36,205 nt of DNA. It comes from an uncultured Bacteroidales bacterium. GTDB taxonomy: Bacteria > Bacteroidota > Bacteroidia > Bacteroidales > Paludibacteraceae. The stretch is from the NCBI GenBank assembly GCA_900321775.1, contig ONXE01000001.1, forward strand, positions 1 through 36,205, given 5' to 3'. The position numbers were made by a program, and so were the translations under genes. Within the stretch, counting starts at the first letter, position 1, and each line of letters begins with the position of its first letter. The notes below the pieces were generated by a model. That model saw nothing but the letters and a program-made list of their open reading frames with translations. It searched no databases and was not told the DNA's origin. Positions 24,991-33,147 of this stretch are shown one piece after another.

Positions 24991-25941
24991 TCAGATTTCA
25001 CATTCAATGCCGTACTCGGCCTTGTACAGTTTCTTGTACTGCGCCGGGTTCTGCTCACGCATCTTCGACAACTCGTCGCTCGGCACGTCGCTCAGTTTCT
25101 TGTACTCGGCATGGCCACCGGCTGGAGCACCGCCGCCATTCACGATGTTGCTCAGCTTTACCTGGGGCGACATGGCGTCTAAGGTCTGCTTCAACTCGTC
25201 GGCACCAATTTTCTTGCCGAGGTCCAGGAACTGCTGCTTCTTGTCCTCACCGATCTTCTTCTCGGCAATGGCAGCGTTCACCAAGGTTTCAATACGGGCG
25301 GCACGCAGCGTGTCGCGTTCCTGGCGCAGGGTCTCAGCCTCCGCACCGTCAGCCTGCAGCTTTGCCAGCTTCGCGTTGATGGTCGCTTCGTCGGCATCCT
25401 TAGGCAAGCCCAATTGAAGGGCTAACTTCTCTTGATCCATTTGCTTTGGTTTTTGATTTTTGTTGTTATTACTATGCAGCAGCGGCAACTCTACACCGCC
25501 GTCTTTGCCTAACTCTATGCGCTTGCCGTCTTTCTGCAGCACGATGGCATCGTCATTCGCGCCAATGTCAACAAGCGACACCTCAAGCAGTTTGCTCTTG
25601 CTGATGGTCGGGCTGGTCTGACCCTGCACCAGGTGCTTCGGGTCTTCGCTCAGTTCCAGAATGTCGATACCGGCACTCACCATCTTCAGACTGCCGAACT
25701 CCCACTGCTTCTTGCAGCGCTGGCTCAGTTCCGTGGCTTCGTCAAACATCAGTTCGCCGGTCACCTCGTCACCTTCCACCTTCAAGTCCTTAACATAGCC
25801 GATGACCTGACCGCGCTCGTGCATATACAATAGTACGGGGTTACGGTTGTACTGCTCCACGTTCATGCCCGCCGTCAGAACCCTCGTGCCGTAGCTGTTC
25901 AGGCTCTCGTTGCTGATTCTTACTCTTTTTGTCTTGCTCAT
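24991..25941 (-). CDS. Prohead protease fused to scaffold-like coiled-coil C-terminal half (Mu gpI/Z-like arrangement)
   Basis: The N-terminus (NSYGTRVLTAGMNVEQYNRNPVLLYMHERGQVIGYV...LLEVSLVDIGANDDA) resembles HK97-family prohead proteases. The C-terminal half is an Ala/Lys/Glu-rich helical region. It lies upstream of the capsid gene. Confidence 0.65.
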   Translation of the reverse strand: MSKTKRVRISNESLNSYGTRVLTAGMNVEQYNRNPVLLYMHERGQVIGYVKDLKVEGDEVTGELMFDEATELSQRCKKQWEFGSLKMVSAGIDILELSEDPKHLVQGQTSPTISKSKLLEVSLVDIGANDDAIVLQKDGKRIELGKDGGVELPLLHSNNNKNQKPKQMDQEKLALQLGLPKDADEATINAKLAKLQADGAEAETLRQERDTLRAARIETLVNAAIAEKKIGEDKKQQFLDLGKKIGADELKQTLDAMSPQVKLSNIVNGGGAPAGGHAEYKKLSDVPSDELSKMREQNPAQYKKLYKAEYGIECEI

Positions 25942-25990
25942 TTTTTCGTTCTTTATGCTGTGCGGAAACGCACAGCTGCGATTGTTTTTT

Positions 25991-26001
25991 GTGCAAAGTT
26001 G
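25991..26001 (-). promoter_or_regulatory. Candidate -7-like box CAACTTTGCAC for the leftward head/tail operon
   Basis: Plus gtgcaaagttg is the exact reverse complement of the box at 26096-26106. About 50 nt upstream of the protease ATG (25941). Confidence 0.4.
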
Positions 26002-26095
26002 CGTCCTTTAATCGACCCTACAAAAAAAGTGTGAAACGGTTGCACACTTCTATGAAACCATTGCACACATTTTTTCTCTACTGCCTGAAAATAAC

Positions 26096-26106
26096 CAACT
26101 TTGCAC
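26096..26106 (+). promoter_or_regulatory. Candidate -7-like box CAACTTTGCAC for the rightward terminase/portal operon
   Basis: Near-consensus TAnnTTTG (CAACTTTG), about 35 nt upstream of the TerS ATG at 26139. Confidence 0.4.
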
Positions 26107-26138
26107 CAGTTTTCAACTCCTTTAATAAAAACGTTTTT

Positions 26139-26612
26139 ATGACAAAAGCAGAAATTGAAAGAAAGAAACAGCTCGGACGGTCACTGTACATGTCCGGCAT
26201 GGAACTGACGGAGATTGCCGACCAGTTGGGCGTGTCAAGGCAGTCTGTCTCTAAGTGGTGCAGCACCGACGGATGGAAGGAGGCGCGTGCAGCCAAGAAT
26301 ATCTCACGCCCTGAACTGGTCAACAAGTTGCTCCTCGCTATCGACAACCTCATTGCGCAGGTCAATGATTCAGGCGACCCAGAGGCTATCGGGGCACTCG
26401 CCGACAAACTGTCGAAACTCTCGTCAACGATTGAGAAACTCGACAAGAAGGCAAACGTCATCGATGCCATCGAGGTCTTCATGGCATTCAATCGATGGAT
26501 TCAGGACCAGGCTTGCTACGATCCGGACATCACGCCGGAACTTATCAAGGCCATCAACAAGTACCAGAACAAGTTCCTCATGGAAAAGATGTCTCACCCT
26601 GCAGAACTCTAA
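26139..26612 (+). CDS. terS: Small terminase subunit, Mu gp27-like (DUF1804-type HTH)
   Basis: Start at MTKAEIERKKQ. LYMSGMELTEIADQLGVSRQSVSKWCSTDGWKEARAA is the gp27-like HTH signature. Directly upstream of TerL. Confidence 0.7.
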   Translation: MTKAEIERKKQLGRSLYMSGMELTEIADQLGVSRQSVSKWCSTDGWKEARAAKNISRPELVNKLLLAIDNLIAQVNDSGDPEAIGALADKLSKLSSTIEKLDKKANVIDAIEVFMAFNRWIQDQACYDPDITPELIKAINKYQNKFLMEKMSHPAEL

Positions 26613-26615
26613 ACT

Positions 26616-28178
26616 ATGTCCACTATCGCGGAATTTAAGAAAGTACAGGAGGAGTGGAGGGAGCATTGCCGGCAGATCCAAAACCTGACCGACACGAAAA
26701 GTCTCGTACGTGAGAATGCCACCCAGAAGGAGCAGCGCATACGCCGCCTCCAGAAAGACTATGCCGCTTTCTGTGAGTATTACTTTCCGCATTTCCTTAC
26801 ACTCCGTGACAAGGTGACTGGCGAAGCCATACGCACCATCCACAATGCCCCATTTCACAATGCGGCAGCCAAACTCGTAAAAAACACGCCGAACCTGAAG
26901 GCGGTCTTCAAGTGGCCACGCGGTCACGCCAAGTCCACACACTTCGACATCTTCATGCCGCTCTGGTTGATGTTCCAACCGAAGCGGCTCATCAATTTCA
27001 TGGTGATTGTCGGAAAGTCCGAGGACTCCGCCGACCGACTGCTGGGTGACATTCAGGCGGAGCTCCAGTATAACAAACGCATCATTGCTGATTTCGGCAA
27101 ACAAATGACGCTCGGCAACTGGACGGAGGGTGAGTTCACCACCAAGGACGGGGTGTATTTCCTGGCTTGTGGCCGTGGGCAGTCGCCACGTGGTCTCCGT
27201 AAGCGTGAGTCGCGTCCTGACTACATTGTCATCGACGACCTCGACGACGACGAACTATGCCGTAACGAACGGCGTGTCCGTGAACTCACCGACTGGGTAA
27301 AGGAGGCACTCTTCGGAGCGCTCGACGTGGGTCGCGGTCGCTTCCTCATGGTGGGCAACCTCATATCCAAGACTTCCGTCCTGGCGAATATATGCGCCAC
27401 AAAGGGCGTCCACGTCTCAACGGTATATGCCGTTGACAATGAGGGCAACCCCGTATGGAAAGAGAAATGGACCAAGGAGGAGGCTCGTGAGTACATGGAG
27501 TTCGTGGGCTATCGTGCCTGGAACAAGGAGATGATGCACAACCCCATCGTGGAGGGCACCGTCTTCCGGCAGGAATGGATCAAGTGGGCGAAGCGTCCAG
27601 CGTGGAAGGACTTTACCGAATTTGTCCTCTATATCGACCCGTCCTGGAAAAGCAAGAAGACCAACGACACCAAGGCGGCCAAACTATGGGCAAAGCGCAA
27701 GACGGAGCTCTGGCACCTCCGCGCTTTCGTGCGCAAGGCATCGGTAGCGGAACTGGTGCGCTGGTGTTACGACCTCTACGAGTGGAGCCAGGAAGTAGGC
27801 ATTGCCATACGCTTTGCGATGGAGGCTTCATTTATGCAGGATATGATACTCGACGACTTCACGGAGGAGGGCAATCTGCGTGGCTACCAACTCCCCATCA
27901 CGGGCGACACGCGCAAAAAACCGGACAAGTTCCAGCGTATCGAGGCCATCAGTCCGCTCTGGGAGCGTGGCTTCGTGTTCTACGACCAAGCACAGAAGGA
28001 AGACCCCGACATGCAAGCCGGACTGGAGCAGCTGTTGGCATTCGAGAAGGGTATGTCCGGGAACGACGACGCGCCTGATGCCGACGAGGGTGCCATCTGG
28101 ATCCTGCAGAGAAATACAAGACAACAGATTTATTCACCGAGGTTCGGCAAACGTCCGACCTCCAAAAACCAATGGTAA
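26616..28178 (+). CDS. terL: Large terminase subunit
   Basis: 520 aa. Walker-A-like WPRGHAKST, Walker B DYIVIDDLDDDE, C-terminal nuclease-type acidic motifs (YIDPS..., DDAPDADEGA). Followed by the portal module. Confidence 0.85.
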   Translation: MSTIAEFKKVQEEWREHCRQIQNLTDTKSLVRENATQKEQRIRRLQKDYAAFCEYYFPHFLTLRDKVTGEAIRTIHNAPFHNAAAKLVKNTPNLKAVFKWPRGHAKSTHFDIFMPLWLMFQPKRLINFMVIVGKSEDSADRLLGDIQAELQYNKRIIADFGKQMTLGNWTEGEFTTKDGVYFLACGRGQSPRGLRKRESRPDYIVIDDLDDDELCRNERRVRELTDWVKEALFGALDVGRGRFLMVGNLISKTSVLANICATKGVHVSTVYAVDNEGNPVWKEKWTKEEAREYMEFVGYRAWNKEMMHNPIVEGTVFRQEWIKWAKRPAWKDFTEFVLYIDPSWKSKKTNDTKAAKLWAKRKTELWHLRAFVRKASVAELVRWCYDLYEWSQEVGIAIRFAMEASFMQDMILDDFTEEGNLRGYQLPITGDTRKKPDKFQRIEAISPLWERGFVFYDQAQKEDPDMQAGLEQLLAFEKGMSGNDDAPDADEGAIWILQRNTRQQIYSPRFGKRPTSKNQW

Positions 28179-28179
28179 T

Positions 28180-28410
28180 ATGTTCCAACTCATTAAAGAC
28201 CTCATTTTCGGCTTCCGCTTCAAGCGTGCCGTCAAGAAAGCAGACCGCTTTCACCATATCACGCACCGTAAATATATGGTGCTGGTCATTAACAAACACC
28301 TCGAAGTCCTCTCCAAGCAGGAACTCAAAAAGTTCATAGCCGGTGGGGTGTTCCGGAAAGGTACCACCATTGCCGACCTTGAAGCAAAGGCTCTTTACAT
28401 AACACTCTAA
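28180..28410 (+). CDS. Hypothetical small protein
   Basis: Internal ATG at 28180, 1 nt after the TerL stop. 76 aa (MFQLIKDLIFGFRFKRAVKK...). The longer ORF from 27880 overlaps TerL and is rejected. Confidence 0.45.
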   Translation: MFQLIKDLIFGFRFKRAVKKADRFHHITHRKYMVLVINKHLEVLSKQELKKFIAGGVFRKGTTIADLEAKALYITL

Positions 28411-28420
28411 ACTTCTGGCT

Positions 28421-28840
28421 ATGTTTATCACGGATGAAGACTACAAGGTGGTCATCGGCGACCAGGCTCTGAAGGTTGTCTCACAGGTCAGCCAGGAGAA
28501 CCGGGCCAATGCCGAGACGGAAGCCGTCGAGGAAATCAGCGGCTACCTCAGACCCAAATACGACACCAGCGCCATCTTCAGTGCCGTTGGCACGGAGCGG
28601 AACAGGCTCGTGGTCATGTACACCTGCGACATCGCACTCTATCACATGGCTGCATCGGCACCGCAGAAGATGGGCATGGAGATACGAAAGGAACGTTACG
28701 AACGCGCCATCAAGTGGCTGGAGGGAGTTCAGGCAGGGAAAATCGTGCCGGATCTGCCACTTGCCACCGACGAGGACGGAAACCCCGTCGGCTTCCCGAT
28801 GGTGTACGGCTGTCAGAAGAAACTACGTCATAACTGGTAA
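28421..28840 (+). CDS. Mu gp36-like head-tail connector protein (DUF1320-type)
   Basis: MFITDEDYKVVIGDQAL...AETEAVEEISGYLRPKYD...YERAIKWLEGVQAGKI matches the pattern remembered for DUF1320/gp36. 139 aa. Confidence 0.6.
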   Translation: MFITDEDYKVVIGDQALKVVSQVSQENRANAETEAVEEISGYLRPKYDTSAIFSAVGTERNRLVVMYTCDIALYHMAASAPQKMGMEIRKERYERAIKWLEGVQAGKIVPDLPLATDEDGNPVGFPMVYGCQKKLRHNW

Positions 28841-28845
28841 CAATC

Positions 28846-30180
28846 ATGGGAAAGAGAAACAAAAATACAGACAATAAACTGCTGGTGCGCACCCCGTTCG
28901 GAACATTGCGCCTGGCTAAGAAGGATGCGCAGCGCTTCAAGAAGACGGTCATGGAACTACAGCGCACCACCGACTCGCTCACCCGAAAGGATATCGGGGA
29001 CTGGAGAAATGCCTGGCAGTTGGCAATAAACGTGGATAGTCCGAACCGTCAGAGGCTATACGACATATACCGCGATGTGGAGGTGGATTTGCACCTCTCC
29101 GGCTGCATACAGCAGCGCGAGGGCTTTGTCATGGCCCGTTCCTTCAAACTGGTCAACGAGAAGGGTGACGAGGACGAGGAGGCAGCAAACTACTTCAACA
29201 CCTCCTGGTTCAAACTGCTAATGAAGTTCGCCCTCGACGCTAACTACTGGGGGCACTCGCTCATAGAACTGGGCAACATCACCACCGACATAAACGGACG
29301 GCAGACCTATGACGGGGTGCGCCTCATTCCGCGTAAGCATGTCATTCCGGAATATCACCGTGTCGTTCCTGACCTCGGACAGGACTGGCACACCGGCATT
29401 GACTACCACGACACACCGTTTGCCGACTGGCTCATTGAGGTGGGGCAGCCAGACAGTCTGGGGCTTTACCTCAAAGCCGCAACACAGACCATCCCGAAGA
29501 AAAATGCCCTGGCGTTCTGGGACACCTTTGCCGAGATCTTCGGTATGCCGATGCGCATTGCACGGACCACCACACGCGATGACAAGGAACTCGCCAAGAT
29601 GGAAAAGATGATGGCCGACATGGGTACCGAGGGATGGGGCATATTCCAGGAGGGTACGAACATCGAGGTCGTGGAGTCTTCACGGGGCGATGCTTTCAAT
29701 GTCTATGACAAGCGCATCGATCGTGCCAACTCGGAACTCTCCAAACTGATCATCGGGCAGACTATGACCATCGAGGACGGATCCAGCCTCTCACAGTCTG
29801 AAACGCACCTTGAAGTCTTCCAGAACCTCATCGAGGCGGACTGCGACACCATCCGTGACATGGTAAACAATCAGCTGCTGCCGCACATGATCCGTCACGG
29901 CTTCCCGCTCAAAGGAATCCACTTCGACTGGGACTACTCAGTGGACTATACGCCGGAGCAGCAGGTGGCATACGAGACGATGGTGCTCAATGAGTATGAG
30001 GTTGACCCTGCCTACTTCGAGGAGAAATACAACATGCCTGTAGGGGAACGTAGGCAGATGTTGCCGCCTGTCGCGCCACCAGAGCCGCCACAGGACGATG
30101 AAGACCCCAAAGGCAATAAAACGCCCAAGCCGGACAAAAAGACGCGACAGGAACAAAATGCGCGCCCTTTTTTCGACTGA
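28846..30180 (+). CDS. Portal protein, Mu gp29-like (DUF935)
   Basis: 444 aa, between terminase and MuF. DIGDWRNAWQLAINVDSPNRQRLYDIYRDVEVDLHLSG... is typical of DUF935 portals. Acidic/Pro-rich C-terminus. Confidence 0.8.
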   Translation: MGKRNKNTDNKLLVRTPFGTLRLAKKDAQRFKKTVMELQRTTDSLTRKDIGDWRNAWQLAINVDSPNRQRLYDIYRDVEVDLHLSGCIQQREGFVMARSFKLVNEKGDEDEEAANYFNTSWFKLLMKFALDANYWGHSLIELGNITTDINGRQTYDGVRLIPRKHVIPEYHRVVPDLGQDWHTGIDYHDTPFADWLIEVGQPDSLGLYLKAATQTIPKKNALAFWDTFAEIFGMPMRIARTTTRDDKELAKMEKMMADMGTEGWGIFQEGTNIEVVESSRGDAFNVYDKRIDRANSELSKLIIGQTMTIEDGSSLSQSETHLEVFQNLIEADCDTIRDMVNNQLLPHMIRHGFPLKGIHFDWDYSVDYTPEQQVAYETMVLNEYEVDPAYFEEKYNMPVGERRQMLPPVAPPEPPQDDEDPKGNKTPKPDKKTRQEQNARPFFD

Positions 30181-30305
30181 GCCCCAGTGATTACCTGGGG
30201 CTGCACGAACGCTATGCCCGAATCCTTGCGGACGGCGGTCTTCCCGTCGCCACTTTCGCCCGTGAGGACGAGATACGTCAGGAACTCTCGCGCCTGTTCG
30301 AGGGA

Positions 30306-31496
30306 ATGATGAAGACACTCTACAAGGAACAGGGGTCACAGTTCCGCATAGAGTTACTGGAGACACCGAAAATGCAGGAGTTCATAGAGACACATGCCGA
30401 CGCGCTCAACTCCGGCTTCCAGCAAGTCAAAATGTCGGATGCCATGCGCCAGCGTCTTCAGCGGTCGAACTACATCTTCTCAGGCATGAAGACGTTCCAC
30501 GAACTCAACGAGGCGTTCCCGTCTCTCATCGACGAGAACGGCAATAGAAAACCATTCGAACAGTTTTTGAATGACGTTCAGAGGATAGACCGCACCTACA
30601 ACCAGAACTACCTCCGTGCGGAATATAACTTCTGCCAGGCCTCGGCTGACATGGCTGCCAAGTGGGAGGGCTTCATGCAGGACGGCGACCGATACAATCT
30701 GCAGTACCGCACTCAGCGAGACAAAAAGGTGCGTCCGGAACACGCCGCGCTCGATCGTGTGACACTCCCAATGTCTGACCCGTTCTGGCAGGAGTATTAC
30801 CCACCAAACGGCTGGAACTGCCGCTGCACCGTCGTACAGGTGCGCAGGTCAAAGTACCCCGTGACACCACACGACGAGGCAATGGCACTCGGTGAGGAGG
30901 CAACGGGTAAGGACACTAAGGGCATCTTCCACTTCAATCCTGGCATAGAGAAGAAAACTATTCCGGACTACAATCCGTACACCATCAAACGGTGCCGGGA
31001 CTGCGACATTGCAAAGGGGAAACTAAAACTCGCTTTTGTTCCTGACAACGAAGTGTGCGCTGCATGCGAACTTCTGCATCGATGTGCAGGGGATAATGAA
31101 AAGTCAGCAACTGCAATCGAAAGGACACACTATCTCCACGAAATGGAACCGTTGCTCCAAATCAGGCATGAAAAGCCCATCGACGAGGGTACAATCAAAG
31201 TCGGGTTCTCTACTTATGGGAATAAACACCTTTTCTCTGATACATTCGGCAGATCAAGAGTCTTGCTAAAAGAAGACTTAAAAGATTTGGGAGCGCTCCT
31301 TGAAAACAGCACCTATATTGATGATTCTGCTTTAACGCATCCGAGAGCTGATAATATAGAACATTTCTACTATTATAAGGCAGAATTGCATGGAAGAACC
31401 GTACGGTTAAATGTTGCTAAGGAAGTCAAGCATAGGGATAGTGGACACATAGTAATAAAATACTATCTCTACTCAATAAATGATATAAACGAATAA
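30306..31496 (+). CDS. MuF-like minor head protein fused to a Cys-rich linker and an AT-rich C-terminal domain of unknown function
   Basis: MuF/SPP1-gp7 signature (RAEYNFCQASADMAAKW...VRPEHAALDRVTLPMSDPFWQEYYPPNGWNCRCTV). Then CRDCD...CAACELLHRC, then ~135 aa encoded by ~35% GC DNA. The frame is open upstream to about 30150 without an ATG, so the start is uncertain. Confidence 0.75.
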   Translation: MMKTLYKEQGSQFRIELLETPKMQEFIETHADALNSGFQQVKMSDAMRQRLQRSNYIFSGMKTFHELNEAFPSLIDENGNRKPFEQFLNDVQRIDRTYNQNYLRAEYNFCQASADMAAKWEGFMQDGDRYNLQYRTQRDKKVRPEHAALDRVTLPMSDPFWQEYYPPNGWNCRCTVVQVRRSKYPVTPHDEAMALGEEATGKDTKGIFHFNPGIEKKTIPDYNPYTIKRCRDCDIAKGKLKLAFVPDNEVCAACELLHRCAGDNEKSATAIERTHYLHEMEPLLQIRHEKPIDEGTIKVGFSTYGNKHLFSDTFGRSRVLLKEDLKDLGALLENSTYIDDSALTHPRADNIEHFYYYKAELHGRTVRLNVAKEVKHRDSGHIVIKYYLYSINDINE

Positions 31497-31563
31497 AACA
31501 CCGAAGGCGGCGGTTAGGTCTAAATTGCCAGAGTGCCATTCCCTCAGTGCTTTATTGCAAGTG

Positions 31564-31571
31564 CAAAGGTA
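31564..31571 (-). promoter_or_regulatory. Candidate minus-strand TACCTTTG box pointing antisense into the 3' end of the MuF gene
   Basis: Plus gtgcaaaggtac equals minus GTACCTTTGCAC, the same extended motif as at 4807-4814 and 2137-2144. It sits just downstream (minus sense) of the bidirectional terminator. Confidence 0.25.
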
Positions 31572-31578
31572 CAAAAAA

Positions 31579-31613
31579 ATCCGTTACTTCCAACAAAAGT
31601 AGCGGATTTTTTT
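31579..31613. terminator. Bidirectional rho-independent terminator between convergent operons
   Basis: aaaaaa-atccgTtact-tccaacaaa-agtaGcggat-ttttttt is a 10-bp stem (one G-U) with an A-run upstream and a T-run downstream. It lies between the MuF gene (+) and 31633-32136 (-). Confidence 0.7.
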
Positions 31614-31632
31614 CATTCTAAGGCTGTTTTTC

Positions 31633-32136
31633 TTACATTTCCAGGCTTTTTATCGCCACGCACTGGTAGGTTTCTATGTTCTCAATAATCTCCTCGTGGT
31701 TGTGGTTTGTGCTGCTTCCTACAAGGTCAAACTCCAGAAACGTCTTGCCTCTCCTGCAAGCCAACTGCTGGTGTATCGCCTCCAGTAAGTCGAACACCTT
31801 CAGGCTCTGTTCACGGAACTCACTATCTGCAGAACTGCTGCCCTGCCAGTCCGTCACCACATGAAGGTGCACTATCGGCTCTGCACGGTACTCCACTCCT
31901 GACTGTATGGCGTTCCACTGGATGGGCTGGAACTCCACGAACACCGCCGGACGCTCCCAGTTCTCTTCCTGCTCGATGAACTCCACGTTGTGGTTCCACA
32001 GGTCGATGTGCTTGATGGCGCGTTCCCAGCCTTCAGGAGCATCGTCTTCAGTTTGTGCTACTCCGTAGTCACCTTCCGGCGTCACATATAGTTTGGAAAG
32101 TTGCTCTATGAGCATCTGATATACTTCTTTTCTCAT
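31633..32136 (-). CDS. Putative neck/tail-completion protein
   Basis: 167 aa, overlaps the gpG-like gene end (ATGA-type junction). ...ERPAVFVEFQPIQWN...IVHLHVVTDW recalls head-tail joining/tail terminator families. Weak call. Confidence 0.4.
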   Translation of the reverse strand: MRKEVYQMLIEQLSKLYVTPEGDYGVAQTEDDAPEGWERAIKHIDLWNHNVEFIEQEENWERPAVFVEFQPIQWNAIQSGVEYRAEPIVHLHVVTDWQGSSSADSEFREQSLKVFDLLEAIHQQLACRRGKTFLEFDLVGSSTNHNHEEIIENIETYQCVAIKSLEM

Positions 32137-32696
32137 TTCTCGTGTATTTCAAAATTGATGGCTTCTTCGATATATCCGCTCAGGTTCTCCTCGATGATAG
32201 TCCGCACCGCTTGCTCCACCTCCGGACTGGTACCGAGGAAACGACGGCGCGGAATCTTGATGGTGGTACCGGCTTTCTTTAGTGCCATAAACTTCCAGAA
32301 CTCGGCTTCGTCACTCAGTTGCACCGTGCGCTTGTCATTCCTCCGGCTGCCGTCTTTCTTGCGCCCAAAGGAGCCGGTCGCCTCGTAGTATTTGTGCCAG
32401 AAGTATTTCTTCATCCTTGGGGTAACTACTATCTCGCCACCCTCATTGTGAATGGCTGCGTAGGGCAGGTCGGTGTAGAACGTGATGCTGTTCTCGGTAG
32501 TCCGGCTCTGGATGCTACGGCGCAACTGACCTGTATCGACGAGGATATGACCGTCTGGACGCATCGGGCTACGCCTGCGCTGCCATACCTCGCTAAAGAA
32601 TGCCTCACGCTCAAAGTTCTGGTCGAACTCGTCGGACATCTCCACTTGTATGTCCTTAAGGATTCTTCTTAAAATAGCCTGGGTCTCTGACTTCAT
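32133..32696 (-). CDS. Virion morphogenesis protein, Mu gpG-like / gp10-like
   Basis: Start taken at MKSETQAILRRI. ILVDTGQLRRSI...LPYAAIHNEGGEI...IPRRRFLG is the family signature. Confidence 0.7.
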   Translation of the reverse strand: MKSETQAILRRILKDIQVEMSDEFDQNFEREAFFSEVWQRRRSPMRPDGHILVDTGQLRRSIQSRTTENSITFYTDLPYAAIHNEGGEIVVTPRMKKYFWHKYYEATGSFGRKKDGSRRNDKRTVQLSDEAEFWKFMALKKAGTTIKIPRRRFLGTSPEVEQAVRTIIEENLSGYIEEAINFEIHEK

Positions 32697-32946
32697 CTTC
32701 GGGGAATAATAGCTCAGGGAACAAAAAGCCCTCTGCTGAAAGCGCCGCCCGCTCCTCAAATTGAGGATTGGACGATGCCTTCAGCAGATTATAAAAGGTG
32801 CGTTCACAAATGCCGTATTTCGGATAAACGTAACGCTTCCATATCTCCCTGTTCGGGAGGCCTGTTCTGACGTAGGTGTCGTAAATCTGATTGATGTCGG
32901 CTACTCGTTTCGCATAACTTTTTCCTTTTCGCTTCTTGGGTCCCAT
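32656..32946 (-). CDS. Small basic HTH protein, second Mor/C-like regulator candidate
   Basis: 96 aa. KYGICERTFYNLLK is an HTH-like segment similar to ORF 2181-2423. It overlaps the next gene start by about 40 nt. Confidence 0.4.
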   Translation of the reverse strand: MGPKKRKGKSYAKRVADINQIYDTYVRTGLPNREIWKRYVYPKYGICERTFYNLLKASSNPQFEERAALSAEGFLFPELLFPEDEVRDPGYFKKNP

Positions 32947-32970
32947 GCAGCTTGATTAGACATATCGGGG

Positions 32971-33147
32971 TTACTTACTTTCTTTATACGGGCGGATGTG
33001 GAGTTTCATTTCGCAACTCACAAGCACTCTGCCGCTGCCGTCACAGTTAGGGCATTTTCTCGAAAAGCCCAACTTAGTGACCTTGCCCGTGCCGTGGCAT
33101 TCACGGCACAAGGCAACTTTCTCCGGTTTGGTCACTTCCTTGATCAT
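32971..33147 (-). CDS. Stand-alone DnaJ-type zinc-finger protein
   Basis: Start at MIKEV (ATGA overlap with the gam stop). Two CxxCxGxG motifs: CRECHGTG and CPNCDGSG. 58 aa. Confidence 0.6.
   Translation of the reverse strand: MIKEVTKPEKVALCRECHGTGKVTKLGFSRKCPNCDGSGRVLVSCEMKLHIRPYKESK

Noticed and set aside
25929-26138. Upstream 70 codons of ORF 25929-26612 and upstream part of ORF 27880-28410
   Set aside because: The first overlaps the divergent promoter region and the protease start, with Cys/Phe-rich junk. The second overlaps TerL out of frame. Internal starts at 26139 and 28180 give compact gene spacing.
31497-31560. 37-codon minus-strand ORF (MALWQFRPNRRLRCF...) downstream of the antisense promoter-like box
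   Set aside because: It is very short, Arg/Leu/Cys-rich, and mostly antisense to the MuF coding end. There is no support for it as a protein gene.
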